Source: the human T2T-CHM13v2.0 reference genome, Homo sapiens
DNA: 64,000 nt
NCBI RefSeq assembly: GCF_009914755.1
Contig: NC_060935.1
Reading direction: 5' to 3' (one strand)
Positions 1-14,136 of this stretch are shown one piece after another; position 1 is the first letter of the stretch, and each line of letters begins with the position of its first letter. Under the pieces are notes generated by a model. That model worked only from the letters and a program-made list of their open reading frames with translations, was not told where the DNA came from and searched no databases. The position numbers were made by a program, and so were the translations under genes.

Positions 1-579
1 GGGTAACCATTAGAGATACAGACATGAGATTTCTTGCTTTAAACAATTAGTGAAAAGATTGGAATTGAAAGAAAACTTAGTGCTCACAAGAAGAAAAAAA
101 AGAAAAAGCATAGGTAAATAGAAAACACACTAATGGTAGAAATAAGGTGAAATGTATCAATAATCACCATGTGAGTTAAATTCTTCTATGAAAAAAGACT
201 CATTAAGAATCATATAAGCAAAAATATGCAGTACTATATTGTTTTTAAGATATCCTAAAATAAATATTCATATCAAACAAAATAGAGGCCCAAGTCAAAA
301 CCAAAATTATTTATCTACCTGGGATATTTTACAACGATTAAAATACACAACCTACCAAGATAAAAGTCACAAACCTAATAACAGAGAACCAAACCAACTT
401 CACAGTAAAAAAAAAAAAAAAAAAAGCCAGAAATGCAAGGAGATACTGACAAATCTACAACAGTGGGGACAGACTTTAATATACCTATTTCCAAAGTTAA
501 CAAACCAAGCAGACAGAAAATTATTTTAGGGAGAATCTGAATAACATAATTGTGCCCTTTATTAAGTTGTTACTATTAT

Positions 580-869
580 TATTTGTAGAGACAGGGTCTC
601 ACTCTGCTGCCAGGCTGGAGAGCAGTGGCGTGATCATAGCTCACTACAGGCTCAAGGGATCCTCCTGCCTCAGCCCCCAGTAGCCAGGACTATAGGTGCA
701 TGCCATCACACCCAGCTAATTTTTTAATTTTTTATAGAGATAGGGTCTCGTTCTGTCATCCAGGCCAGAGGGCAGTGGCATGATCATAGCTCACTGCATG
801 CCTGAAACTCCTGGCCTCAAACAATTCTCCAGCCTTGGCCTCCCAAAATAACTGCCACTGTGCCCGGCC
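580..869 (-). mobile_element. AluJ
   Basis: Antisense Alu consensus, diverged. Confidence 0.85.
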
Positions 870-884
870 AGTTATTAGTATTAT

Positions 885-1405
885 TTTTAACTTTGAAATC
901 CATCTTTCTTTATTCTGCTTTAGAATGCTGGAGCTGAGGCTCTCAAAACCGTATTTCTGCTTTGACCGCTGGTTTCCTGTTAGACTCTGACAATATGGGT
1001 GGTGCTAAAGGGAGACTGCAAAGCTGGAAGAGGAAAAAGGGGCTTATCTCTTCCTATCTGCTTCCCATGGGTTTCCTAACTGCTTGTGCTTCCTGTGAAT
1101 GCCACTGGAATAATGTGGTTTTTGATTTGTTTTGTTTTTGCTGTAGTCTAGCAAGTCTTTCCCCAGCAGTAGCTGAATCTAGTTTGCAGTTTTTCCAACT
1201 TTTATAAACTAGCTTCACTGTGACTCCTCCACAGGCACCAGCACCAGCTGGCCAGTATCCTCAGAGATCTGGGTCTCAGCTACATGAAGCCCATCATAGC
1301 TCGGAGACACCAGCAGCCAAGCAGCACCGCTTCCCCAGAGGTCTAAATTTCAGGTGTCAGGAGCACCTCTTCCAAGCTTCTAAAGTTGCATAATTTCAAC
1401 CTCAT
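885..1405 (+). mobile_element. LTR33-like solo LTR inserted in an old L1
   Basis: aaatccatctttc..ctggagctg..ctggtttcctgttag.ctctg.caata..agggagactgcaaagctggaagagg pattern; L1-like sequence on both sides. Confidence 0.65.
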
Positions 1406-1753
1406 TCTACAAAGAAAACTCCAGGCTCAGGTGGTCTCATGGTGAATTCTTCCAAAATTTAAGGATAAAATAATAATAGTATATAAACTTTCCTAGGAAA
1501 CAGAAATAAAACTTCCAAAACACATTTTATCAGGCAAGCATAACCTTGATTATAAATCCTAACAAGAATACTGTAACAAAAGAAATCAATACACCAACAC
1601 ATCTCCCAAACATAGATGCAAACATCCTTGACAAAGAATCAGCAAATTCAATTCGTGATATTCACCATGACCAAGTGAGACTTTCAGAATAAACTCTCAG
1701 AAGTGTATTTCCACCATGAGGGTAGAATTTCTGGGACAAGGGGTGTCACTCAC

Positions 1754-1971
1754 CTGTCCGGTCAACATCCTTTTTCATGGGCAGTACAGTATAATCCAGT
1801 TGCTCATCTGAGTCCTCAAGCATCCTTGGCTTGGACTGCAGCATGAATTGGGGCTCTTTATGGGGACTTCCCCTGCCTCCATTCCAGTCTACTGACTCGT
1901 CATAGAGCTGAACTTGCTGTAGGTATGGGATCCTGATAATCCTGTTTTCATCCAAGCTTAACTTCTTCAGT
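1754..1971 (-). CDS. XRRA1: XRRA1 exon 10 (LKKLSLDENRIIRIPY...KDVDRT); gene continues beyond the left edge
   Basis: tttccttaattgaag| ... CAG|GTGAGT; 218 nt, phase 2 to 1; LRR motif LKKLSLDENRI. Confidence 0.92.
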
Positions 1972-2659
1972 CTTCAATTAAGGAAAGTGAATATAGAATC
2001 ATAGCAATAATGATACCTCAGGATTGTTTACCAAGCAACTTTAGGGAAAAAACATGGAATCAGGCTTGGATACTTATTCCTCTTGTGTGACGTTGAGCCG
2101 GTGACTTACTCTCTCTGGGATTCAATATCCCTGTCTCTAAAATGGGGATAATATTTATTAACCTTTCAGGGTTCTTGTGAAGATTTAATGAGGCAATATG
2201 TAAATGGCCTGGCACAAAGTAGTATTCAGTAAATGGTAGTTGAAACCAAAGTAAATTTTCCAGAGAAGTAAAGCTTAACAATGTAAATGCCACTATTTTC
2301 TTTACTTCAGTTAGAATTCAGGAATTAAATTTCTCTTTCTGATTCTCAATATTTTAAAAAATTTTCCTGTCTCTACTGTCAGGGTCCGAATCCTATCTTG
2401 GGTAAAATCTCCTCCTGTTTTCCTTTCTCTTTGCTGCTTCTAATTCAGTCATGTGATCAGAAATGTCCTCACTCATGGCCATTTTTATGGAGGAGCCAAA
2501 GCTCAGAGGGGAGAAATGACTTACCCATGGCCACACAGTAGAGATAAATTGTGGAGCTAGGCTTTAAACCCAAACCTTTTGGCTTCCAGAACAGCACTCA
2601 GAGTGTGAGCAAGCCTGGGGATTAGAGGAGGCCCAGCAGAGAAAGGCTTATGGCTTTAC

Positions 2660-2788
2660 CTCCTGAGCCCAGCCAGGCTGGCAAAGCAACTGGGGTTGGA
2701 GAGTCTGTTGTCATCCAGCATCAGTGTCTCCAGCGCTGGGAACCTCAGGATGTACCTCTTGCTTGTCAGCGATGTTACAGATGCCTCC
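2660..2788 (-). CDS. XRRA1: XRRA1 exon 9 (EASVTSL...LETLMLDDNRLSNPSCFASLAGLR), LRR
   Basis: tttgcactcacag| ... GAG|GTAAAG; 129 nt, phase 2-2. Confidence 0.93.
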
Positions 2789-5569
2789 CTGTGAGTGCAA
2801 AGATCTTGGGTAATGAGCAAGGTCGAGGGACAAATTCCACCATTCCCAGGAAGCCATGGAGGACAGGGAATCAATTAGGAGGACTAACCAGCTTAGGAAC
2901 GGTTCTAGTGCCCAAAAGAGGTCCCCATAGGGATGCACAGAAAGTATAATTCCTTCCCCACCTTCTCCTTTCCCAAACACTATTATACATACCATATTGT
3001 CTTCTGTATGGAGAAAGGTTACACACATCATTGAAACCAGGTTAGGGCAGGATGGGGGATTGTATAGGTAGTGCTTATAGAAAATGCCAGGTGAAAGAGG
3101 CATGACCAAGCTGGAGGGAGCATTCTGCAGATCACTGCACAATTTTGACTCAGGAAGACTCCTTGTTATGGTGTGTCACCTAGTAGACTGGTAACTGGGA
3201 GCACCAGGAGACAATGCCCTTGTTATAGACCACAGCTTTGCCACCTAGTAGGGTAAAGTAGGGTGGGTTGAGGGCACCACCCCTGGCTGCAGTGAGGCTC
3301 TCTTCTCAAGTGGCTTCATAAAATGAACACATGACTAAGGAGTGGAGAAGTTTCTCCTTAAACTCAAACTCTCTGAAGATTCCCAGAAATACCTAAGAGT
3401 GAGATTTATGGGGGTGATGCCCTGAATTACAGGGGTGGGCAGGAAGTGGTGGCATTTTAAGTACCGCCATTAATGTGACCTCACTTGTGTCCTCCAGGTA
3501 GATGAGACCTAGGTAACTCTCTTCCACACAGGCAGATGACACAAATAACGTTTTCATTCTTCCCTCCATACTGTATGCCACCCACACACCAAAATAGTAC
3601 ACATAGGCACAAATGCATATAGTATACACATATATAAGCCACAAACACACACACAACTAGAGGAAGGGAAACAAACATTTCTTTAGCACCTAATGCATTT
3701 CTGGCATTGTGCGATATGTTTTGTATGTGTTATCCAAGGATAGGTATTATTTATCTCCTTTACAGATTAACAAAATGAAGCTCAGAGCAACTTGCCTGAA
3801 GTCGCATAGCTAGAAAGTGGGATGACTCAAACTAGAACCTGGGTCTGCCTGACTCCAAATCCCATGCCCTTTCCACTGCCAAATCACACCTTTCACATTC
3901 ACCTCTACTAGCCCCATGTGGATTAAAGGGTGGGGAAATGGAAGGGGGAGCTGATGCCTGAGCTAGAGAGAGCTTAACAAAGGTTGGCAGTGAGTTCAAA
4001 AGCTAGGACAGTAATGTATACCTGAAGTCAGGGATATTTCACAGGTGCATTTAGAGAGGGTATATTCTAAATGAATGTATTACTAATTAATTCGTTCATT
4101 CACACTCATGAATTTCTTTAACATATATTTATGTGGCCAGGTACTGAGACTACAAATAAAAGAACACATCCCTCCCCTCTAGGTGGAGTAGGTGGACACG
4201 CAGCCTGTGGTGAGACAAACACCATAAAAGAAGTATGTGGGGAAGGCGCCTATTCGGGAAAGGCAATGTTTAAGCAAAACCATGAGGAATGGAGAGGGAA
4301 TTGTCATGCTTTTAACCAATGTGAAAAAGAGAGAACAGGGAAAAAAATAATCTCTTCGTGGCTGGATCTGTAACATAATTAGTAGCTATAGGCAGCCATG
4401 TTTCCCATCATGAGGTCTAGAAAGACACAGGCAGCCCACCTGTAAAGAAAAATGTGGCAAGTCACAGAGAGGAGGAGGTGTGAAAGCTGAGAGACAGAAC
4501 TTCCAGGCTGCTCCACGGTGCTCAGGGTCTATGTTCAGCATGACCCTCAGGCACGGCTGTGAGATTCCCCAATGTTCTTACAATCAATTCCCCCCTGCCT
4601 TTTTTTCTGTATCCTAACACTGACAGACTTCTATAGATTATGACAGTTCTGACTGGAAAAAGGGACAGGTCAGATAAACTTTCAGAAAGAGACCTGGCAG
4701 CACTGTAGAGAACAGGCTTGAAGTCCAAAGACCAGAGACACTTAACAGAGAAGGCAGGAAGCTTTTATACTTCATAATATTTCAAGGTCATGAGTGTGCC
4801 CTTTCCTCTTTCTGGAAGGACCAACTTTCATACATTGAATTTTTAATCTCTATCTGAGCTATTACAGAACAGTGCACAGCAGCTGTGTTGATTTATAATT
4901 GATTGGCCAATCTTAATTTTACTCTAGTGAAATATGAAACAGCTAAGAAATAAGCCTTTAAAAAATTCCTCTTAAGCTCCATAATGCAGAAGCTGGCTCT
5001 GTCTCGTCTCTTGTGACAAGTTACACTACTTCGTCTTTTTAAAGTTCTACCCTAATTATAGCATGGGAAAGTTTCATTTTTTGTCTCTAAAATAGACATC
5101 TTAAAATAGAGGGGCAGCCATCAGATGGGTGAGAAGACAGATGTCTAGCTTCAGAGGAAAGCAGCAGGCTTTCCCACCGAGCCCCTCCTGTGGCAGTTTT
5201 GGAAGAAAAGCTCTTCAAAGTGGCAAAGTCTGTCAGTAGTGGAGAAGCCGGGGTTTCCAGCTGTTCAGAGTGGTGCTATTTTTATTATCACTTCTCTTGC
5301 CAAACAGAATTACTACTACTTAAAATCTGAGAGATTTAATGAAAGTTTTTCAGAAGCTAAGGGTATGTGCAGTGGTTGGATTCAGCAATGGGAATTTGTG
5401 TACCATATTAGAAGATGCATGGGAAGGGTGGCCAGGATCCCTGAGCTCTGGCTCCGGTGCTGCTGCTGCTTTGCTTGCTGTGTGACTTCCGGCTGGTGTT
5501 GAGCATCTCTGGGCCTAGATCCTCTATCTGTATGGTAAAGGGGGATTTCTTTTACTTTACACTGTAAGA

Positions 5570-5990
5570 CTTTCGATTAGGCTAAAAATATTGCTCAAAA
5601 GACTGAACCAAGGGCTGCAACAAACAAGATGAAACTTAGCAAGTACTTACATTACGACAAATGTCAGATCAGCTTCTGTGTTAAGATACAGAACACCAAC
5701 TGTGCAAACACACAGAATAAGGGAGACATGGCTTAACAAACTGTGTGTGTGTAAAAGGGGATTATGATGTGGCTACTAAAAAGCTAGTGCTCTTTCAGGT
5801 GGCGTTATTTGGAATATAGTGACTAAAAGAAAGGAGGTAACAATTCATCCTCTGCTCTGTGCTGGTCGTGCCTGAGAACGCCGACTTGTATGGTCTGAAG
5901 CAGAAAGAGAGTAGGCCTAATGAAAGAGCCAAAGTAGCAGATTCCAGCTCAAAACAAGCAATAGAGTAGTCTACGTATAGAATGGGTCAA
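5570..5990 (+). mobile_element. CR1/L3 fragment
   Basis: gatgtggctactaaaaagctagtgc..aaggaggtaacaatt..ctctgctctgtgctggtc. Confidence 0.55.
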
Positions 5991-6760
5991 ATATGATTCC
6001 CCTAACTCACCCAGACAAAAAAAATAGCAAGAAATGGAGACACAAATAGTTCAGAATAGATGAGGTATATGATGAATGGAAAAAGTGAAGAGAAAGGAGG
6101 ATGGAGAAGCAGGCAGAGTCAGGCCATGAAAAGCTTTGAGCGATGTTAATGGAGTTTATCTTTAGGATAGTGGGAACCTGCTAAAGGACTTTAAGCAGGG
6201 CAGTGATAGAATCACATGTGCATTTCAGAAAGATCACTCTGGCTGACAGATAGGAGGATGGGCTGGGAGGCAAGAAACTGCAGACTGGGACCAAACAGGA
6301 GGATAACAGCAATGAGCAGGTTTGAGAAGAATTTAGAAAGTACAATTCACAGCACCTGGTGATTGAATGTATGTGTGGAATGAGGGAGGCCAAAATTTGG
6401 GCTAATGCTCAGGTTCTAGCCTGGACAACTACATAGTAGGTGGGAAGAAGTGCCAGTCAATGAGGCCAGGAAAGGAAAGAAAGGAGGAGAGAGCGAGAAG
6501 GAGGGCTTAATGGCATGGGGATGTGTGTGAGGAGTTTGATAAGTAGGCTAAACAGGCTTATAATTCAGAAGACTTGCGAAGAGGAGGCCACCAATAAAGA
6601 GTATAAAGATAAAGAAAAATAGTAGGTTAAGGGTGGATGACTGGGGAGCACCAACGTTTAAGAGGCTAGCAGAAAAGGAACCCACAGAGCATACTGAATC
6701 TAGATAGATGAGTGGGAAGAAAATAATGACAATGGTATTGGTCTGGAGCCCCACAGCTTT

Positions 6761-6891
6761 ATTTTTATTTTTGTAGAGATAAGGTCTCACTACGTTGCCC
6801 AGGCTGGCCTCAAACTCCTGGGCTCAAACAATCCTCCTGCCTCAGCCTCCCAAAGTGCTGGGATTACAAGTGTGAGTGACCATGCCTGGCC
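6761..6891 (-). mobile_element. Alu monomer (FLAM-like)
   Basis: Single left arm; TSD cccacagcttt. Confidence 0.85.
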
Positions 6892-7089
6892 AACCCACAG
6901 CTTTCAAAGCGTGCTGATTTCAACTGCTACTCTGATGCAGGTAGGAATACATTTATTCTCCCCCTCATATATAAGAACATGAAAGTGCAGGGTGGGGGAG
7001 ACTTGCCTTATTTTATGTAACTAGGCTTTCCACTGAAAACAACTAGAATGATGAATAAAATATAAAAAGAAAAAAGATCCATCATTTTA

Positions 7090-7225
7090 TTTATTTTCTT
7101 TTGTAGAGATGGGGTCTTGCTATGGTTGCCTAGGCTGGACTTGAACTCCTGGCCTAAAACGATCTTCCCACCTTGGCCTCCCAAGTAGCTGGCACTACAG
7201 GCACACACCACCATTCCCCGTGGTG
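7090..7225 (-). mobile_element. Alu monomer (FLAM-like)
   Basis: Single arm; TSD gatccatcatttta. Confidence 0.8.
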
Positions 7226-8259
7226 GTGGATCCATCATTTTAATATGTATAAGAGATGTGAAGAGAGAAAGGAAGCAGTATGCCAAATCTAAAAACCCAG
7301 AGGGAGAAACTTAACATAGGAAGCCACTCAAGCCTTGAGGGCATATACTTATCCTGTTGAAACTGAACTATGGTTTAACAGTATCATGGGGCTAGAGAAT
7401 CAAAGCCCAGGGTACCCTGAAGGTGGGGAGTTTAATCAGAGACCCTTTATATGAATTTCGGATCCTAAAGGGATACACCCTCAGGGTGAAATTAACCAAA
7501 ACTAAACCTATTCTCCTTATCCCATAGCCAGGAGAAAACTGTCTTGGAGTGAACAGAGAAAGACAAGGGGAAGGGCAGACTGGTCCTCTTGCAAAACTGT
7601 AGCCCAAATCTGTATCATCAGAGTGATTCAGAAAACACCCAGTCAGGAATTTAGCTTAAGCTGATTCCATCCTGAGTGACTCTAGGTACCAAAATAAATA
7701 GAAAGGTTTATAGTGTTGCAAACTAAATAATGTGGGACCAACTCTTCCCTGAGTAAAAAACTAGAAAACCCAGACAAAATATACATTTAAAAACAATCTG
7801 CCTTAAGATACCTGGGAACTAACAAGCTGTGAAGAATTATGGCGCTAAGATTTGAAAAAAGAAGGAAATCCAAAGGGGTTCATGCAACACTTTTCCCCTA
7901 GGACTGTCTGCTGACTCCAGAAGTGGCTGAGAGGCTGAGAAGTTGAGCAGAGATTCTGACAACCCTGCTGGGCCAGGGGCGAAAATTGGAATCCAAGGCA
8001 TGCCACAGAATAGAAGCCTGACTACTCATGCTCTAAGTTAGGTCATTAGAAAACCAAACCCTCGGAGGACGTATACACTAGAAATAGTATGGACGTTGCA
8101 GAGACTGAAGACTAGCTTCAAATAATTTCAATTTTTATAATTGAATTAAGATGATTTGAAATTATTAGTGATGTAGATCACCAGAAAACCCTTGATCTGG
8201 TGGGCAAAAAGTGATTTGAGTTGTCCAAAGAAAGAGCCATGGCCTCTCATTCAGTTCCT

Positions 8260-8432
8260 ATTTACATTTAACTTAAAACTAATTAAGCTTAAATAAAATT
8301 GAACATTCAGTTCCTGTATCACACTAGCTACATTTCAAGTGCTCAAGAGCTCAATATGCCTAGTAGCTACACTATGAACAACACAGATATAGAACATTTC
8401 CAACACTGTAGTAAGTTCTACTGAACAGTGCT
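8260..8432. mobile_element. MER3-like hAT-Charlie element
   Basis: cacactagctacatttcaagtgctcaa..gatatagaacatttcc..aagttcta.tg.acagtgct. Confidence 0.75.
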
Positions 8433-9484
8433 AAATTAGGCCTTGTAAGGATTACTAGACAGTGTCTGCAAATTGGTGCTCATCTCTGGGGATATGAAAG
8501 GCATGGTGGACCATCACTCAAAAGTGGGGGATCATAAAGGTCAGATGGAAGAATGAAAATTTAGCCAAAGTCTGTTTCACAATGGACCCAGTGAAGTCAC
8601 ATATCTACCCTGAACGTGTAACTGAAACTGACATACTAAACAACTGGCAGAACACCCACATTTATTTACTGAGCAACAAAGTATATAGCCCATTATAGTA
8701 GGAAGTGTCCAATTGAAACCCCAGGAACTTTTCTTCCCAATAGTAAACCAAAAACAATACTGAATCCCTGAGGTAATTGCAGAGATTACTGCCATCACTA
8801 AAGATTAAAAAGATGGAAGGATAATGATTCCTATGACATCCCTGTTTAACATCTCTTGTTTAGAAGATTGTTATGTATTGTGAAGAAGATATCCTTTGTT
8901 TATTTAGCTTGTACAGAAAACAGGTTTTGAAGAATGATTGTAGATTCCTGTAAGCTTAATCAAGAGGTGACTCCCACTTTCAGCTGCTATTCCAGGTGTG
9001 GAATCTTTTTACTGGAGCAAATCAACCAAGCCCCTGGCACTGTGGATACAGCTAAGGACCTATCAAATGTTTCTTTCTCTCTCTTTATCAATTAATAAGA
9101 ACTACCAAAAGCAGTCTGCTTTCACCTGACAGGGACAACAGTACACCTTTTTCCTCTTCTCTTGGGGCCATATCAACTCCGGGATCTTGGTTATTTTGAT
9201 ATCCTACAGAATATCATACTGACTGGACCTGGCGAGCAGGAAAAGTTGCAAACACCCTAGATGCCTTAGTAAGATACCTGTGTGTTACAGGATGGAGGTA
9301 AGCCCCCTCCCCCATCAAAATTCAGGGTACTACGATATGGATTAATTTTTTGTTGTTATCCAGGTATCTGAAGCATGTTGTGATGTACTTCTAATGTGAA
9401 AGACATAATCCTGTACCTTGCTTCTTATTTATCTTACACTACTTGTAGGAAAAAAATCACAAAGTTTCACTGGCCTTTGTGGAT

Positions 9485-9813
<329 letters not shown>

Positions 9814-10017
9814 TAGAAGTGACATAAAATATTTGGTGCTGTTCTAACTCATTTACTAAGTATCCCACAAGGCTGCTAGTTTTGAGTGAGGTCCAGAGCA
9901 AGGCAAGGTTCTACAACAGGTCCCAACTGTAATGCAAGTTGCTCTTCCATTGGGCATATGACTCAGCAGGTCCAAATGGCTTCTAAAGGACTATGGCAAA
10001 TAGGTGTGCTGTACAGA

Positions 10018-10149
10018 TAGGGTACCATACATCCTGGATTTCAATGATAGCCTGAGTTTTCACCTGTTATCGCCAAATAATTATTACTACTGTCCCTTTT
10101 CCCTCTCATATATGTCCTGGTTTGGATGATAAAGTACATGGTCATTCTA
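10018..10149. mobile_element. MER94-like hAT MITE
   Basis: Terminal inverted repeats tagggtaccata / atggtcattcta; internal gtcctggtttggatgataaa. Confidence 0.7.
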
Positions 10150-11210
10150 TGAATAGAGCCTTTTCTCGGTACCCATAGCAGATTCATTTTTGAGCAAAGT
10201 TATGCCCTATTCTGCAGATAACCTTTTTTTTTTTTTTTTGAAAAACAATTTCTTGCTTACTAGTGCATGTTGGTAGAGGCCAAATACCTGACCACAGGAT
10301 ACTATGTGATCATGCAACCTGAGCCACTCATCATGAACTGAACATGCAACAGAAATCCCCCATCAAGTGAAAGCAATATTTGAAATCAGGCTCCAGCAAG
10401 ACTGGAAAAGTTGCAGGAATATATGGCTTAGATTCCTATGGCGCATACTCCTGCTGTACTGCTACCTCTTCATCAACCCTTAACTAAGGTCCTGTGGCCA
10501 TCTAATATAGGAAGAAAAACCTCTAGCTTGGTTTACAAATGACTTAGCATGATATGCTGATACCTTCTCAAAGTCAACTATTACAATATTATAGCCCCAC
10601 ACAGGAGTGACCAAAAACACAGGGGAAGAGAAATCTTCTAAGCAGGCAGAACTTAGAGCAATGTATCTGATTGGCCATTTGCTTGGTCAGAGAGATAGCC
10701 AGAAATACAGATCTATACTGATTCACGGGCAGTGGCTGATGGTTTAGCTGAATAGTCAAAGCTTGGAAAAAATATGGGAAAGTTGCTTAAAGTATAGAGA
10801 AAAATTATGTGACTTAACCTCTCAGAATGGATAGAATGTGAAGACCGTGTCTCATATGACTGTTTCCCCAAGACAATCCCCTGTGGCGGAGACTCTCAAT
10901 GGTCAGGAAGATAAGGTAACCCAATCCATGAATGTCAGTTGCCCTCTTTCCCTTGGTGGCAGGGATGAAGGCTACACACTTCCTTTCACCATAGCAAATC
11001 TGGTTATGACCCTTGCTGAGTACTCAACCTGCCAATGGCAGAGGCCACTGCTGAACCCCTAATATGGCACCGAATTTCTAGAGGGATTATACAGCTGTCT
11101 AGTATCAAGTTGACTTTAAAAAGCAGCAGCAAGTTTCCTTTACTAGATTATAAATGTATTTTTGGATATAGATTTGCCTTCCCTGCCCACAATGTTCTAC
11201 AAGTGGAATA

Positions 11211-13050
11211 GAAACTGTTGATACAATAATACTAGCTTTTGTAATTGCCCATGTATTTACCTTTAATGAGAGCTTTATTCCTTCTTACAGCTTTGAGTTA
11301 CTGTCTAGCATCCTTTCATTTCAACCTGCAAAACTCCCTCCAGTATTTACGCAGGGCGGGACTGGTGGTAATGAATTTTTTTTACCTTTTGTTTATCTGG
11401 GAATGTCTTAATTTCTTCCATACTTTGGAAGAACACTTCTGCTGGATGTAGGATTCCTGATTGACAGGTTTTTTTTTCTTTTAGCACTTTAAATATTTAA
11501 TATATCAGCCCACTGCCTTCTGGCCTTAAAAGTTTCTGACAAGAAGTCTGCTGATAATCTTATTGAAGATTCCTTGTATGTGATGAGTTGCTTCTCTCTC
11601 ACTGCTTTCAAGATCCTCTGTCTTTTAACAGTCTGATTATAATATGACTCAGTGGAGGTCTCTTTGAGTTCATCCTATCTTGGAGTTCACTGAGCCTCAT
11701 GTATGTTTATATTCATGTCATTCATCAAACTTGGGAAGTTTTAGGCTATTATTTCTTCAAATAATCTCTCCGTGCTTTCTCTCTTCTCCTTCTGGGACTT
11801 TCATAATACATAGGTTGGTTTGCTTGATGGTATCCCAATCCCACAGGTCCCTTAGGCTTTGTTCAAGTCAATCTTTTTTTTTCCTCTTGTTTCTCTGACT
11901 TGATACATTTAATTGTTCTGTCTTCAAGTTTGCTGATTCTCTCTTCTGACTGCTCGAATCTGCCTTTGAAACTCTCCAGTGAATTTTTCATTTCTTATTC
12001 TAATTTTCAGGTTCAAAATTTCTTTTTAGGTTGTCTATCTCTTTGTTGATATTTCCATTTTGTTAATATATCATTTTCTTGACTTTATTCATATCTTTCA
12101 TTAGTTCTTTGAAAACCTTTAAGACAGCTGTTTTAAAGTCTTTATCTAGTAAGTACTCACTTTCTCAGGGATAGTTTCTGTTGCTTAATTTTTTCCTTTG
12201 GATGGGCCATATTTTTCTGTTTCTTTGTATGCCTTGTGATTTTTTTGTTGAAAGCTGAATATTTGAATCTATTAATATGGTAACTCTAGAAATCAGATTC
12301 TTCCCTTTACCAGGGTTTGCTGGGTTTTTTTGTTTCGTGTTTGATTATTGCAGGCTGTCTCTGTGTCAAGGATCAGGCTGATGTGTAAATGTAAGTTCTT
12401 CTCAGGTCTTTTCTAAGCCTGTGCATTTCTCTGGATATATGTGGTGACATTCTAATTTCCTCTGTATATGCAGCTGATTTTGAATGTCCTAGACTTTAAT
12501 GCCTGGCTCCCAAAAGATGGGGAAAGGAATGAGGATTAAGAAAAGAAATCCTTTAAATTCCCTGGAAGTCTCTTCAGCTGGAGCAGAAAGGGCTTATGAC
12601 AGTTGTGGATGGGTGTGTGTGCAACAATGGTTGTGTGCCTCTGTGTGCACCTCAATGATGAGAAGTAGCAATCAGTGATCACAGCACAAATCTCTAAAAT
12701 TTGGAGGACAGAGATCTTTTTGTCCACCCTGGCTCCTGCAAGCTGCATGTGAATTACCCAATGAATATATTTCTTATTCTAATTTTCAGGTTTAAAATTT
12801 GAACCATGAGATTGGGAGTTAGGGGATGGGTAGCTGCTACCGGGTTAAAGCTGTAATTGACTGAAATTAGTTGCAGTTTGTCATCTAAATCTTCCCCTGG
12901 AAGACGTAAACTTTTAATAGAGTGTGAAGATTATTTGTGTCCACAGTTTCAAAATTGTTACATCAGACTGATTCTGGCAATGAAATTGTTGTCTAGATGA
13001 GGAGACAGATTCTTGGTGCTTCCTACTCCATCATCTTCCCAGAATCCTCT
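11211..13050 (-). mobile_element. L1M 5'/ORF1 region inserted in the ERV-L integrase
   Basis: T-rich antisense ORF1 signature (cccactgccttctggcc..aagtctgctgataatcttattga..tgtatgtgatgagttgcttctctc); possible degenerate TSD agtg(g/a)aatag. Confidence 0.8.
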
Positions 13051-13816
13051 AGTGAAATAGTCTTTGATGATTTATCTACTATACCAATTAGATATAGTTA
13101 GGGAAGTTGGGACCCTAACTTAACAGCATAGGATATCACATAAACCAAAACTGATACTGTTTTTCTCATAACCACAACCTAAGGTCCTAGGAATTAATGG
13201 AAATGAAAGTAGCTCCTCTTACAATTATATCTAATAGTCCACTTGCAGAATTTTTGCTTCTCATTCTACAACTTTTGGCACTTCTGATTTACAGGTCTTA
13301 GTTCCTAAGGAGGTACTTTTACCAAGAGACACAATCATGGTTCCACTGAACTGGAAGTCGAGATTGCTACCAGCCACTTGCATTTCTCATTTCACTGAAC
13401 CAACAGTCAGACAAAGAGGGGTTCATTCTACTGGCTAGGTGACTGATATTGTTTATAAAAATAAATATAATTGCTGTTATACCTTGAGGTTAAAAAAAAA
13501 AAAAAGTATCTCTGGGACTAGAGTATTATCTGGTGCTCCTCTAAGAAGTTCCATGTCTTTTAGTCTTTTAATGAAGACTACAGCAACCCAGTAAAAGCAG
13601 GACCTTAAAGGACTCAGACCCTTCAGAAGTGAAGGTTCAGAAGACCACATCAGTTAAAGAACCCCAACCAGCCAAGGTGCTGGAAGATGACAGAGGAACA
13701 TTAAATAGGTGATGGAAAAAAGGATTTACAAATATCCACTATGGCCTCCTGACCAGTTAAGAAAAGATCACTGTAGCAACTATGCATATTTTCGTGTGCA
13801 TTTTCTTCCTTCCTTA

Positions 13817-13843
13817 GTGTGTGTGTGTGTGTGTGTGTGTGTG
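13817..13843. repeat. (GT)n microsatellite; another at 26650-26670
   Basis: Seen directly. Confidence 0.92.
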
Positions 13844-14136
13844 CACTCGCATGCACACTTAAACTGCTAGTGGTGACTGACTTTACAACTTAGTTTTTAG
13901 GATATAAAATATCCATAAATTTCTTTAGAAGAGAAAATAATATCATCCAGCAATGGCTACAGTAACTGATGGAACTGTGTCTCATCCTTCTTGAGGGGAT
14001 GGTGAAAGTGTCTTCAGTATAAGAGGAAGAGTTCCTTCATGTTAGGTAAAAGCATGTTGCAGTTGCTATTGTTGTATGGAAATTAAATATGGAGGGAAGC
14101 AGGAGGGTAGCTATTGGGGTTCCAAGGGTTGAATGG

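Larger units (their letters stand above)
1..1690 (+). mobile_element. Old L1 (L1M) fragments at 1-540 and 1405-1690
   Basis: A-rich ORF2-like sequence, e.g. ccaggctcaggtggt..ggtgaattcttccaaa and aacatagatgcaaacatcct. Confidence 0.6.

Noticed and set aside
2650-3142. 99-aa plus-strand and 143-aa minus-strand ORFs overlapping XRRA1 exon 9
   Set aside because: Antisense or alternative-frame shadows of a coding exon, with no recognisable domain or supporting splice/promoter signals.
4901-4912. Perfect 12-bp palindrome GATTGGCCAATC (inverted CCAAT pair)
   Set aside because: Palindromes of this length are expected several times by chance in 64 kb, and there is no promoter context.
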